From the sequence record OR228459.1: a stretch of DNA of 64,000 nucleotides. One strand, 5' to 3'. The notes under the pieces are model-generated. The model ran no database searches and was not told the DNA's origin. It was given only the letters and a program-made list of their open reading frames with translations. The position numbers and the translations under genes were made by a program. Numbering within the stretch: position 1 is the stretch's first letter; the number at the start of each line of letters is the position of its first letter. Below are positions 9,459 through 24,059 of this stretch, in pieces.

Positions 9459-9482
9459 AGCCTCCTAGTATGGAGGCTTTTT
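9459..9482 (+). terminator. Intrinsic terminator
   Basis: AGCCTCC-TAGTAT-GGAGGCT followed by a T run. Confidence 0.75.
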
Positions 9483-9513
9483 AATTGAAGTATGTTTATT
9501 ATAAGGAAATAAG

Positions 9514-12500
9514 ATGTATATAGATGGATTTATGGAACGTAAACGAACTGGTGATATTCTACATGTAGCAGAACGTATTAACGGTCGTCGTGTACTTCGT
9601 CAACTAGACCCTGTATATGAATACTATGTTGAATCACCAACGGGAACATTTAAAACCATTCACGGTACAATGGCTGAGAAATTAACCTTTGCTAACCAAC
9701 GTGATATGCGTAGTTCCCTTGAACTACATCAAGGTCGTCGAACCTACGAATCTGACTGTAACGTTACCTTTAAAACTCTTGCACAAGAGTACATGGGTAA
9801 AGGTTCACCAGATTTGAATATGGTATTCTTCGATATTGAAACCGACTTCCATAAGAAGCTCGGATATGCACCACCAAGTAACCCATTTAACCGTGTTACT
9901 GCAATTTCCCTTTATCAGAACTGGACAGGTAAAGATTATGTACTAACCTTACCACCTGATGATATGGAATTAGTTGAAGCACAGGATATCGTTAACCGAT
10001 TGAATGAAGAAACTAATGATCCTAACAGTGTAGTACTTCTTTACACTGAAGAAACAGAAATGTTCAATGACTTCTTTGATTTGATTGATGATGCTGATGT
10101 ACTTTCTGGCTGGAATAGTGAGTTCTTCGATATTCCATACATGGTTAACCGTACTGCAAAAATCTTCAATGCTGCAACTACGGCTCGTTGGTGTTTGTGG
10201 AATAAAAAACCTGTATCTCGTGAAGCAGATATGTTTGGTAAAACAATTGTCACTTATGACTTAATCGGTCGTGTTCACCTAGATTATCTAGCGTTGTATA
10301 AGAAACACGCAGGTCAAGTCGAACAATCGTACAAACTAGACTTCATCGCAGAGAAAGTTACAAAAGAAAATAAAGTAGCGTATGAAGGTTCTCTTGACAA
10401 ATTGTACAGAGAGGATTATATTACATTCCTACGTTATTCCAAACAGGATAGCATTCTTCTTAAAAAGATTGATGAGAAGTTAGACTACATCAACCTACAC
10501 AACCGACTAGCACACAAAGAATGTGTACTAATCAGTACTACAATGGGTTCTGTAGCACTAATTGACACAGCAATCATAAACCTTGCACACTCAAGAGGTG
10601 AAGTGGTATTTGATAAGAAGCCACAAGAAGATGATGTTACTGAACAAGATGATCGTTATGATTACCTCATTGAAGATGAGGATGATGGTTCAGATAATGA
10701 ACCAGTATCGGCAAAAGCTGCTGGTGCATGGGTACAAGATCCAGTACTAGGACTTGTAGACTACTTAGGATGTACTGACTTTAACTCACTATATCCAACA
10801 GTACTACGTACATTAGGCATGAGTACTGAATGTATTCTTGGACAAATTCGCCAAGATTATACAGATGCACATCTTGCAAAACGTGTAGAAGAACAACGTA
10901 TGCGTTCTAAGTCTAAGAAGTTCGAACCTAACTGGACAGAAGCATGGCACGGTCTATTTGCAAGTGTTGAATTCACGATGGTTCGTGAGCGTTCAGAGCA
11001 AACACTAATTGTTGATTTGGAAGATGGCACTAGTTTCAACGTGACAGGTGCAGAGCTTCATGATATCATTTATGCTGAAGACAGTACTATTGTACTTTCT
11101 GCTAATGGTACGTTGTTCGATAAAACTAAATCTGGGGTCATTCCAGAGATTCTAACTCAATGGTATTCTGAGCGTAAGTCTCAACAGAAGATGGTAATCG
11201 ACTTCAAACACATTTATACTGATGGTTGGGAAATGCCAGAGGACGCTATCGATAAGATAGAGGCTGCTATGGCTCGCTACAAGCGTTCTGAGACGATGTA
11301 TAGAACGAACCTACACGAAGACGATCCAGTTTATTTGATTCGTCAGGCGTTGGTACAGAGCGATTATGAGCAGGTTGGAAAGCTAATCACAGAGAATGGT
11401 CTTCTACTAGAAGATGGTCGTATCAAATGTACTAAAGAAGAGAAAAAATATTGTAAAACGCAATCTGCGTTCTGGAAGCAGAACCAACAGATTCGTAAGA
11501 TTCTTCTCAACTCTCTTTATGGTGCATTGCTCAACAAAGGTTCTAGATTCTTTGATAAACGTTTAGGTCAATCTGTAACCTTAACTGGTCGTAGTATGAC
11601 TAAACATATGGCATCCCGTATCAACGAAATTTGTACTGGTGAATACAATCACCAAGGCGGCGTTGTAATTTACGGCGACACCGACTCCGTTTACTTTAGT
11701 GTAGCTCACTACATGAAAGAACAGGGTCTACCATTTGATTTAACAAAAGAAGAAGTTGTTGATCTATATGTGAAAATTGGTGATGAAGTTGGTGCATCTT
11801 TCCCTTCCTTTATGGATGAATATTTCAATACTGGTATCGAGAAAGGTAAAATCGTAGGTGCAGATTTGGAAATGGTAGGCTCTCGTGGTCTATTCTTGAA
11901 GAAAAAGCGTTATGCGATCCTCAAATATTGGGAAGATGGATTCCGTAAAGACGAAGATGGATCACCGGGCGAAATCAAGGCTATGGGATTAGAAATCAAA
12001 CGTTCTGATACACCAAAGTATATCCAAGATTTCCTACAAGAAACTCTTATCGCATTGCTAGTTGGCGAAGGAGAAGAAGAACTACGTAATAGAGTTCGTG
12101 CATTCAAAACTATTTTCCGTGATAAGCCTATTCAGCAGAAAGGGCAACCACGTACAGTTAAAAACTATTCGAATCTAGAAGAAGAATATAAGAAAACTGG
12201 TAAATTATCAGTATCGCATGTTCTAGCTGCGATTCAATGGAACAAACTACGTGATATATATGAAGATCAATCAGTTCCAGAAGCAACTGACGGTACTAAA
12301 GTTATCGTTTGTAAGTTAAAGCCAAACCCAATGGGAATAAAAGCTGTCGGCTACCCAATTGATTGTGCTGAATACTTACCAGAATGGTTCTTGGAGCTAC
12401 CTTTTGATGAAGATGAGATGGAAAAAGCCGTTTTGACTAAGAAACTAGGTAATATTTTCGGTATTCTAAACATGGATATCGCAATCAACGAGAAGAGTAC

Positions 12501-12534
12501 ACTAGTAATGGATAGTGGATTCTTCGAATGGTAA
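9514..12534 (+). CDS. gp43: Family B DNA polymerase
   Basis: Exo FFDIET, GWNSEFFD, YSKQD; pol DFNSLYPT, KILLNSLYGA, YGDTDS, KKKRY. Confidence 0.97.
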   Translation: MYIDGFMERKRTGDILHVAERINGRRVLRQLDPVYEYYVESPTGTFKTIHGTMAEKLTFANQRDMRSSLELHQGRRTYESDCNVTFKTLAQEYMGKGSPDLNMVFFDIETDFHKKLGYAPPSNPFNRVTAISLYQNWTGKDYVLTLPPDDMELVEAQDIVNRLNEETNDPNSVVLLYTEETEMFNDFFDLIDDADVLSGWNSEFFDIPYMVNRTAKIFNAATTARWCLWNKKPVSREADMFGKTIVTYDLIGRVHLDYLALYKKHAGQVEQSYKLDFIAEKVTKENKVAYEGSLDKLYREDYITFLRYSKQDSILLKKIDEKLDYINLHNRLAHKECVLISTTMGSVALIDTAIINLAHSRGEVVFDKKPQEDDVTEQDDRYDYLIEDEDDGSDNEPVSAKAAGAWVQDPVLGLVDYLGCTDFNSLYPTVLRTLGMSTECILGQIRQDYTDAHLAKRVEEQRMRSKSKKFEPNWTEAWHGLFASVEFTMVRERSEQTLIVDLEDGTSFNVTGAELHDIIYAEDSTIVLSANGTLFDKTKSGVIPEILTQWYSERKSQQKMVIDFKHIYTDGWEMPEDAIDKIEAAMARYKRSETMYRTNLHEDDPVYLIRQALVQSDYEQVGKLITENGLLLEDGRIKCTKEEKKYCKTQSAFWKQNQQIRKILLNSLYGALLNKGSRFFDKRLGQSVTLTGRSMTKHMASRINEICTGEYNHQGGVVIYGDTDSVYFSVAHYMKEQGLPFDLTKEEVVDLYVKIGDEVGASFPSFMDEYFNTGIEKGKIVGADLEMVGSRGLFLKKKRYAILKYWEDGFRKDEDGSPGEIKAMGLEIKRSDTPKYIQDFLQETLIALLVGEGEEELRNRVRAFKTIFRDKPIQQKGQPRTVKNYSNLEEEYKKTGKLSVSHVLAAIQWNKLRDIYEDQSVPEATDGTKVIVCKLKPNPMGIKAVGYPIDCAEYLPEWFLELPFDEDEMEKAVLTKKLGNIFGILNMDIAINEKSTLVMDSGFFEW

Positions 12535-12545
12535 TAGGAACAATA

Positions 12546-13118
12546 ATGTCAGGAATTTTTCAACGCATTGGGGAGGCAATTGCCTCCCAAGGTAAAATCA
12601 CACTAGTTGCAGCACTAAATGATGAAGAAGCAAACATTCTCATGGGTGCTGGGTTCAAAAAAGCTGGTACAATGGATCTAAATGGTTCTTTAGTTGACCT
12701 TTACGAAGTAAAAGTACAACAAATAATCAACACTACTCAACCATATCAAATTGCACGTGATATTTTTGATAAGCCTCGGAAATATGAACAACAATGGCCT
12801 GAAAACTATCGCATGTACTCTATCGGCACTGGTACTGGTCAAGCTGCTCATTTAAATTTCAAAGGAAACACCACTTCTTTGATGGATGCTGCATATGATC
12901 CACTAAGTATTTTAGAAGATTATTTCTTCCCAAGAAAAGAGGAAGAAACTCATAGAGAATTCAAAATTGAAGTTGATGATATGGATGAAGAATCCAAAAA
13001 TGATTTCATTCAAAAAGTTAAAGATGAATTCCATAAATCAGGTCGCACATATTGCGATGATAGCTGGACTTCTTATAATGTAAATTACAGTGGCAACACT
13101 GACCACCGTAACTGGTAA
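12546..13118 (+). CDS. Hypothetical protein
   Basis: ORF with AGGA RBS; no recognised motif. Confidence 0.6.
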   Translation: MSGIFQRIGEAIASQGKITLVAALNDEEANILMGAGFKKAGTMDLNGSLVDLYEVKVQQIINTTQPYQIARDIFDKPRKYEQQWPENYRMYSIGTGTGQAAHLNFKGNTTSLMDAAYDPLSILEDYFFPRKEEETHREFKIEVDDMDEESKNDFIQKVKDEFHKSGRTYCDDSWTSYNVNYSGNTDHRNW

Positions 13119-13134
13119 TAAAAATAAAAAAAAG

Positions 13135-13165
13135 TTGGGACGTACCGAGATTTATGTGATATAAT
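13135..13165 (+). promoter_or_regulatory. Phage-specific promoter (copy 2)
   Basis: TTGGGACGTACCGAGATTTATGTGATATAAT. Confidence 0.75.
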
Positions 13166-13224
13166 AGGTACGTCACAACGTTAAAAATAAGAAACGTTAA
13201 CAAAATGGAATTGGAGATTTAAAA

Positions 13225-13956
13225 ATGGATTTACGCAACGTTCTACGCGACCTAGTTAGCACTACTACTGGTATGGATTTCTCTTGTATCGCAGTTTCAC
13301 GAGAAGACCGTGGAGAAGGTAATCGTGTTTACATGGAAGCATATACAGATGATAAGACTCTAATCATGAGAGCCGAAACTAAAGAAGACGTACCAGAAGT
13401 TGAAGGTCGTTTTGGTCTAGGTAACCTCGGAATGCTTCAAGGTCTTATGAATCTAAAAACCTACAACTCCGAATCTGCTAAGATCGCAGTCAATGCAGCA
13501 AACGGTGTTGTTAAAAGTCTAGCATTTACATCTGATGATGCAAGTACTAACTTTATTGTTCAATCGGAAAAATTTATTCCTAACCAACCACGCTTTACTC
13601 CACAACCATATGATGTACAGGTTACACCTAGTGCTGCAAAGGTTGGCGAACTAAAGTCTTTCTCTAGTGTATTCAAATCTTTTTCTGCTTTAGTTACTCC
13701 TTATACTGAAGGTGATACACTATACTTCCACGTTGGTGAGAAGAATAAATCAAACCACTCCGGTGCATTAGCTTTCACCAAAACTGATGGTGAACTAAAA
13801 CTAGGATATGGTTATGCGATTGATCGTCTTCTTCAAGCACTAAATCGTGTGTCTAATGCTGAAGAAATTACCCTTGGTATTACAAAAACTGGTATGCTAA
13901 ACGTTACTGTTGACACTGGCATTACTGTGTTTAAATTCTTCATCCAAGGTAACTAA
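13225..13956 (+). CDS. Putative sliding clamp (gp45-like)
   Basis: 243 aa alpha/beta protein, size of gp45/PCNA; EGRFGLGNLGMLQGLM resembles the clamp FGIYDLNGFLSIL segment; lies near the polymerase. Confidence 0.5.
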   Translation: MDLRNVLRDLVSTTTGMDFSCIAVSREDRGEGNRVYMEAYTDDKTLIMRAETKEDVPEVEGRFGLGNLGMLQGLMNLKTYNSESAKIAVNAANGVVKSLAFTSDDASTNFIVQSEKFIPNQPRFTPQPYDVQVTPSAAKVGELKSFSSVFKSFSALVTPYTEGDTLYFHVGEKNKSNHSGALAFTKTDGELKLGYGYAIDRLLQALNRVSNAEEITLGITKTGMLNVTVDTGITVFKFFIQGN

Positions 13957-13963
13957 TAAATCA

Positions 13964-13986
13964 AGGGGAACATAGTTCCCCTATTT
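13964..13986 (+). terminator. Intrinsic terminator
   Basis: AGGGGAAC-ATA-GTTCCCCT followed by ATTTT. Confidence 0.65.
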
Positions 13987-14004
13987 TCGATGGAGATGTA
14001 ACAA

Positions 14005-15582
14005 ATGAGTACTCCACGCTTTATTGCTGATACCCACTTGGGTCACCGCAATATCTATAAGTATAGAAAAGTATTCGATAGTACTAAACATAATGACTTG
14101 TACTTTATTCGTATCCTGCAAGAAACTTGCAAGAAAAGAGATACTATGTTTTTCTTGGGTGATATTTGTTTTGACAAACAATATCTAGAAATTATAAAAG
14201 AACTTCCGGGACAAAAAATTCTTATTCCGGGAAATCACTGTATTTCACCCGATACTGAAGTATTAACACAAAACGGCTGGAAAGTAGCAGAAACTATCAC
14301 GTTTAGCGATATTATTGCTAGCACCAACTTACAAACAAACATTGTTTCATATGATTCACCAATCAATGTTGCTAGACATGAAAACATGAAAATGGTGAAA
14401 GTTTCAGGAAGTTATATTGATGAATTTGTTTCTAATACACATAATATGGTATATGAAAATACACTAACGTCTGTGTCATCATTATACGGTAAACATGATA
14501 GTAATAGTTTCAAATATTCATGTATGAATTCAAATACTGGAATTAATGAGAGTGATGATTGGATTTATTTGTTACAGTTTGTAATTGCAGATGGATGTTT
14601 GGTTAAGGGTGAAACCCCCAACAAAAAGAGAATTCAATTCAAATTGGCAAAACCTAAAAAAATTGAAAAGTTAAAATCAATTTTAGAAAAATTATCCATA
14701 TCATATACTATTCAAGAATGTAAAAAATCCAAATCAAACATTCTAACGCCATACTATATTAGAATTTATGGTGATGATGCAAGAACTATATGGGATAAAT
14801 TATCGGGTATAAAAACTCCACCTGACGAATGGAAATTTATGAACAAGTCACAAATGACGGTTTGGATAAATGCAATACATGATTCTGATGGTTATAAAGA
14901 AATTAATAATAGTTATTTAACAACTATAGATAAAAATTTTGTAAATATATTCCAACATGCTTGTGTGACGAATAATATAGCTTGTAAATATAGTGAATTA
15001 GTACCAACGAGTGGGTTTCGCAATGGTAAATTACAATATAAAATTGTATTCAAAACCATTGATGAGTATGTAAATAGTACAAAACGTGTTTACATAGATA
15101 TTACCGATATCATGTCAGATGTGGTTTCTATTCAAACCATCAATGGAACATTGATTACTCGCCGCAACGGAAAGGTTTCAATAACTGGTAATTGTACTGA
15201 ATATATTCCAATGAAAGAACTAGTAGATGTTTATGATGAAGTACATGCACTACTAAAATATAAAGAATTCTGGCTTTCTCATGCACCAATTGCTGATGTT
15301 GAATTACGTGGTAAAAGAAATATTCATGGACATGTTCATGCACAGTCTGTTCCTGATATTAAATATCTAAACACTTCTGTTGATAGTGAATTTATGAGAT
15401 TTCTACCTAGAACACTTCATGAAGTTCGTCAAGCATTTGAAACAATGGAACAACTCGGTTCACATTATGGTGGATTAGAAGACCGCGATGATGCATTAGA
15501 AGTTATCATGTCAAATCCTATTTCAAAAGCGGCTTACGTGTGGTCTAAGAAAGAAGCAGAAAAGATTATGGTTTTTCAATAA
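14005..15582 (+). CDS. Calcineurin-like metallophosphoesterase interrupted by an intein
   Basis: DTHLGH, LGD, GNH, LSHAP, IHGHVH motifs; about 207 aa after removing the intein. Confidence 0.85.
   Translation: MSTPRFIADTHLGHRNIYKYRKVFDSTKHNDLYFIRILQETCKKRDTMFFLGDICFDKQYLEIIKELPGQKILIPGNHCISPDTEVLTQNGWKVAETITFSDIIASTNLQTNIVSYDSPINVARHENMKMVKVSGSYIDEFVSNTHNMVYENTLTSVSSLYGKHDSNSFKYSCMNSNTGINESDDWIYLLQFVIADGCLVKGETPNKKRIQFKLAKPKKIEKLKSILEKLSISYTIQECKKSKSNILTPYYIRIYGDDARTIWDKLSGIKTPPDEWKFMNKSQMTVWINAIHDSDGYKEINNSYLTTIDKNFVNIFQHACVTNNIACKYSELVPTSGFRNGKLQYKIVFKTIDEYVNSTKRVYIDITDIMSDVVSIQTINGTLITRRNGKVSITGNCTEYIPMKELVDVYDEVHALLKYKEFWLSHAPIADVELRGKRNIHGHVHAQSVPDIKYLNTSVDSEFMRFLPRTLHEVRQAFETMEQLGSHYGGLEDRDDALEVIMSNPISKAAYVWSKKEAEKIMVFQ
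14239..15192 (+). mobile_element. Intein (318 aa) with LAGLIDADG endonuclease
   Basis: Starts CISPDTEVLT; internal FVIADG and IHDSDG motifs; ends RRNGKVSITGN followed by Cys+1. Confidence 0.9.
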
Positions 15583-15592
15583 GGATATTAAA

Positions 15593-15796
15593 ATGCCATT
15601 ATATACATACAAATGTCAAAATGAAGAATGTGAACATTCTGAAGATAAAATTGTCAAAATTTCAAATCGTGACGATGAGCGGAAATGTCCATCATGTGAA
15701 GATGGATTATTAAAGCGTGAAGAATTTACGGCTGGTGATAAAGGTGCATCATTCCGTTTCAAAGGAAACTGGTTCAATACTACAGGGAGATACTAA
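15593..15796 (+). CDS. FmdB-family zinc-ribbon protein
   Basis: MPLYTYKCQNEEC...CPSC...FRFKGNWFNT. Confidence 0.8.
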   Translation: MPLYTYKCQNEECEHSEDKIVKISNRDDERKCPSCEDGLLKREEFTAGDKGASFRFKGNWFNTTGRY

Positions 15797-16086
15797 TGAG
15801 TACTTTAAAAATGATTAATGACTACGTTCTAGTGGAACTAGTTGAAAACCACACTACCACTGCTGGTGGTATTATTCTAACCAACGTTGAGCCACCTTGC
15901 ATTGGTCGTGTTGTTTCAGTTGGCCCCGGACGTATCCTAAATAACGGTGAAAGGGCTGAACACAACATTGAAGTTGGTGAAGAAATTGTATTTGGTAAAT
16001 CTTCCTTGAATCAGCCTCTAGAACACGAAAAAGTAACATATTATGTTATGAAAATTGATGAGGTATTTGGTAAAAGAAATGGCTAA
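15796..16086 (+). CDS. groES: GroES-like co-chaperonin
   Basis: INDYVLVE, TTAGGIIL mobile loop, GRVVSVGPGR. Confidence 0.9.
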   Translation: MSTLKMINDYVLVELVENHTTTAGGIILTNVEPPCIGRVVSVGPGRILNNGERAEHNIEVGEEIVFGKSSLNQPLEHEKVTYYVMKIDEVFGKRNG

Positions 16087-16780
16087 GAAGTTACCATTCT
16101 GGATGATCCCCGCTCATTGGGGATTATCTGGTAAAGCAAAAGAAATTGCTAAGATTAACTACTTTTATGAAGGGTATGAAGCTGATGTACGATGTGCACC
16201 ACTTGTGTACTTAACTGAGTATGAAGTTGATAAAGCAATTGTTGATATTGAAAAGAAATATAACAAACTTTCTGAATTAGAATATGATTTGAAGATGCTC
16301 GACATTGAGTTGAAGCATAAACGTATTACTGAACATGAACGTGATGAACAAGCACTCGACAAGCGTTTCCAACATAATGCAATTCGCGAAAAGGAGTATG
16401 ATGCTGCTAAAGTTGAATTAATGGAAGACGGTGATGAGAAGCGTTTAGCTGCAATTGAATACGCATTTAAATATCATGAGATTACTGAACGAGAGTACAG
16501 TAAAGAACTCTTTACCATGCGTAAAGAACCTTGGATGGATTTTGATGTAGAATTCAATCAAGAAACTAATAAGGTTGAATTCATATTTGATTACAATGAA
16601 TACTTTTGGAAGAAATTAAAGGCCGAAGGTCATCCGGGTAATGATGAATATGAAATCATTGAGAACTTTATTAAAGATTGGGGAAGGAAGTTAGACGATG
16701 AAGAGTACACTGATGATGAAGATGTGAACTTAACACGTATGACTGATGAGTTACCTGATAATATCAAATTTTACAAATAA
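16079..16780 (+). CDS. Hypothetical protein
   Basis: Acidic helical ORF coupled to groES; no recognised motif. Confidence 0.6.
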   Translation: MAKKLPFWMIPAHWGLSGKAKEIAKINYFYEGYEADVRCAPLVYLTEYEVDKAIVDIEKKYNKLSELEYDLKMLDIELKHKRITEHERDEQALDKRFQHNAIREKEYDAAKVELMEDGDEKRLAAIEYAFKYHEITEREYSKELFTMRKEPWMDFDVEFNQETNKVEFIFDYNEYFWKKLKAEGHPGNDEYEIIENFIKDWGRKLDDEEYTDDEDVNLTRMTDELPDNIKFYK

Positions 16781-16810
16781 AAAAAAGGAGAACGAAAGTT
16801 CTCCTTTTTT
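16781..16810. terminator. Bidirectional terminator between convergent genes
   Basis: AAAAAAGGAGAAC-GAAA-GTTCTCCTTTTTT. Confidence 0.85.
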
Positions 16811-16822
16811 ATTAAGTTTTTA

Positions 16823-17476
16823 TTAACCAAGTAGTGCTGGGATAGATTTGTAAATCTTGATAGCAAAGTTACCAGCGGCAGCAGCAGCGGAACCTTTAAG
16901 AATTACTTCTTTACCAGTTTTATCCATTAGTGGAACACCAGCTAGATCATCTAGAAGTAGACGACCTTCGTCAATTGCAGTAGATGGCACACCTTGGAAA
17001 GAAATTGAATCACGGTCAAACACGTCTGCACGTTCAACTAGGAAAGTGATAACATCAGCAGAAGCGATGTTAGCAGCAGCATCAACACCATCAACTACGT
17101 TTTTGAGACCATTAGCAGCAACGCCTTTAGCGATATCAGAAGTAGCGATAATAACTGCACGTTGCTGAACAACATCAACGATGCGTTTAACGTTAGTTTG
17201 AGCAGCATATGCTTCAGTGTAGTCTTCTTCAACGGTTGCTTCAACGAATTCAGAACCGTCAACGCGAACAACACCTTTGTCATTTAGGAACTCAACGATT
17301 TCGTCTTTGTTCTGGGTGTTTAGAAAATGTTGTAGACCAACATAAGAACATACTGCACCAGTTACTACTAGAGCAATGTCACCAGTAGTATCGATTGCAA
17401 TAGTTGCTAGTGCGTTTTTACCTTGGAAATAACCAAGTACGCTATCTTGGGAGAAACCATTAATACGTTCTAACAT
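16823..17476 (-). CDS. Probable virion structural protein (paralog A)
   Basis: AGGAG RBS, ATG at 17476; Ala/Val-rich; strongly biased codons; shares motifs with the upstream paralog. Confidence 0.6.
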   Translation of the reverse strand: MLERINGFSQDSVLGYFQGKNALATIAIDTTGDIALVVTGAVCSYVGLQHFLNTQNKDEIVEFLNDKGVVRVDGSEFVEATVEEDYTEAYAAQTNVKRIVDVVQQRAVIIATSDIAKGVAANGLKNVVDGVDAAANIASADVITFLVERADVFDRDSISFQGVPSTAIDEGRLLLDDLAGVPLMDKTGKEVILKGSAAAAAGNFAIKIYKSIPALLG

Positions 17477-17489
17477 ATCATTCTCCTTA

Positions 17490-18053
17490 TTATAGTAGTA
17501 CTGGAAGTGCAGCAAATACTTTAATAGCTACTGGAAGTGCAGCAGCAGGAGTACCATCTTTCTTACGGAAAGCACCAGCTTGACCTAGAGCAGCAGATAG
17601 TTCAGCACATGGCTCAACAGGAACTGGATAGTTAGAACCCGGACGAACTGCTTGTGCAGTTAGAACATCTTGACGCTCGATCATAAAAGTAATACCGAAA
17701 GAATCAGCAGTTAGAGTTCCAGATTTACCGAAAGCAATTACGTTACCTTCAATTTTCTCAAAGTCAGCAGCGGTTGGATCAACACTTCCTTTAGCTAGCA
17801 TAGAAGTAGCAACTTCAACAGAACGTTGTGCTAGAATTTGTGCAATCATAAATTGGTTGTACTCAGCAGCAGATAGTGCAGTTTGTGCAGCATTATCACC
17901 AATTTCAGTACCATCAGGTAGTACAGCAGTTTCGCCAATTTCTACATCAGCAGGTAGAGAAACAACAACAGTAACGAAACCGTTATTACCACCCCAATAT
18001 TCGCGACTGTTAGCTGACATGCCATAGTTGCGATCAAAAGAATTAAGACTCAT
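17490..18053 (-). CDS. Probable virion structural protein (paralog B)
   Basis: AAGGAG RBS, ATG at 18053; late-promoter-like GATAAATA at 18108-18101 on the minus strand. Confidence 0.6.
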   Translation of the reverse strand: MSLNSFDRNYGMSANSREYWGGNNGFVTVVVSLPADVEIGETAVLPDGTEIGDNAAQTALSAAEYNQFMIAQILAQRSVEVATSMLAKGSVDPTAADFEKIEGNVIAFGKSGTLTADSFGITFMIERQDVLTAQAVRPGSNYPVPVEPCAELSAALGQAGAFRKKDGTPAAALPVAIKVFAALPVLL

Positions 18054-18177
18054 AAAAATCTCCTTGTCTAATTTGTTGCAGGATTGTCCCTGCTTAAAGT
18101 TATTTATCAATTCTGAACGTTCATCTTTCGATAAATGGATAAAATTGATTTGTTTCTGTGATATTATTTATCAAATC

Positions 18178-18207
18178 TTGGGACAAACCAGAAAAATGTG
18201 CTATAAT
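18178..18207 (+). promoter_or_regulatory. Phage-specific promoter (copy 3)
   Basis: TTGGGACAAACCAGAAAAATGTGCTATAAT. Confidence 0.75.
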
Positions 18208-18220
18208 AGAGGGGAAATAA

Positions 18221-19227
<1,007 letters not shown>

Positions 19228-19228
<1 letters not shown>

Positions 19229-19737
19229 TGGCAGTACTAAACAAATTAACAGATTATTCTTTTATCTTAGAAACTGATGCAGGTGAACAACTAGGTATTA
19301 TCGTTGATTACAGTGCAGGAACAACCGAACGTACTGGACTTGAGCTTTTTAATAATGATGGGGTATATCCTTTTAATTCTTTAAATGAACTTGAAGAAAT
19401 GATTGGTGAACCATTCAAAGTTAAAGAGAAAGAACAGACTGACATTACTACCAGTACTAAAGAAATTGATGGTTATCCTGTAAACGACACTGATACTATT
19501 ATTGGTGTTGCAGTTAACGAAGAAACAGGTTATCCAGTGTTTAGAAAAAGTGAACGTTCTAAGAAACTATTCTATCCGGGCTGGTGGGTTGTACAAACTG
19601 CTGAAGGTGATCATCTAGCACGTTTAACTCTAAGTGTTGACATTTACAATGAGCGTAAAGATACTGGCAAGATTTTCGGGCCATTTAAAACGTATATGGA
19701 ATGTAACTATCAGTTAAAATCTCTATCACAAAAATAA
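19228..19737 (+). CDS. Hypothetical protein
   Basis: Coupled to rnh (TAATG overlap). Confidence 0.6.
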
Positions 19738-19759
19738 GGATGCCTCGGCATCCTTATTT
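19732..19759 (+). terminator. Intrinsic terminator
   Basis: AAATAAGGATGCC-TC-GGCATCCTTATTT. Confidence 0.75.
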
Positions 19760-19817
19760 AGTTTCACATGTAATAGTTGCATTTGAAACTATTCTTTAAG
19801 TACAAAGAATAATCTTT

Positions 19818-19825
19818 TATAAATA
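19818..19825 (+). promoter_or_regulatory. T4-type late promoter TATAAATA
   Basis: Upstream of the terminase gene. Confidence 0.65.
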
Positions 19826-19859
19826 AAAGTAAGCTAAAAGTTAAAGATTTTTATTTTAA

Positions 19860-22490
<2,631 letters not shown>

Positions 22491-22502
22491 ATAGATTTAT
22501 AA

Positions 22503-23863
<1,361 letters not shown>

Positions 23864-23911
23864 TTACGAAAGTATGACAACAAGAAGTCATTAAAAAATC
23901 TTGAAAATTAT

Positions 23912-23942
23912 TTGGGACATTTTGAGAAAAATGTGATATAAT
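23912..23942 (+). promoter_or_regulatory. Phage-specific promoter (copy 5, tandem)
   Basis: TTGGGACATTTTGAGAAAAATGTGATATAAT. Confidence 0.75.
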
Positions 23943-24059
23943 AATTATACCGGGACACATTGATGTAGAACGGTAATCTACGGAAGACAATGAATGTCTA
24001 ACGTTAACAAAGAAGCAAATTAAAATCGAAACAAAGAAACAAACGTAAAGGAATACAAT

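Noticed and set aside
11191-11470. Long segment in the polymerase fingers suspected to be an intein
   Set aside because: No C/S/A start, HN end or endonuclease motif; T4-type polymerases already have extended finger helices here
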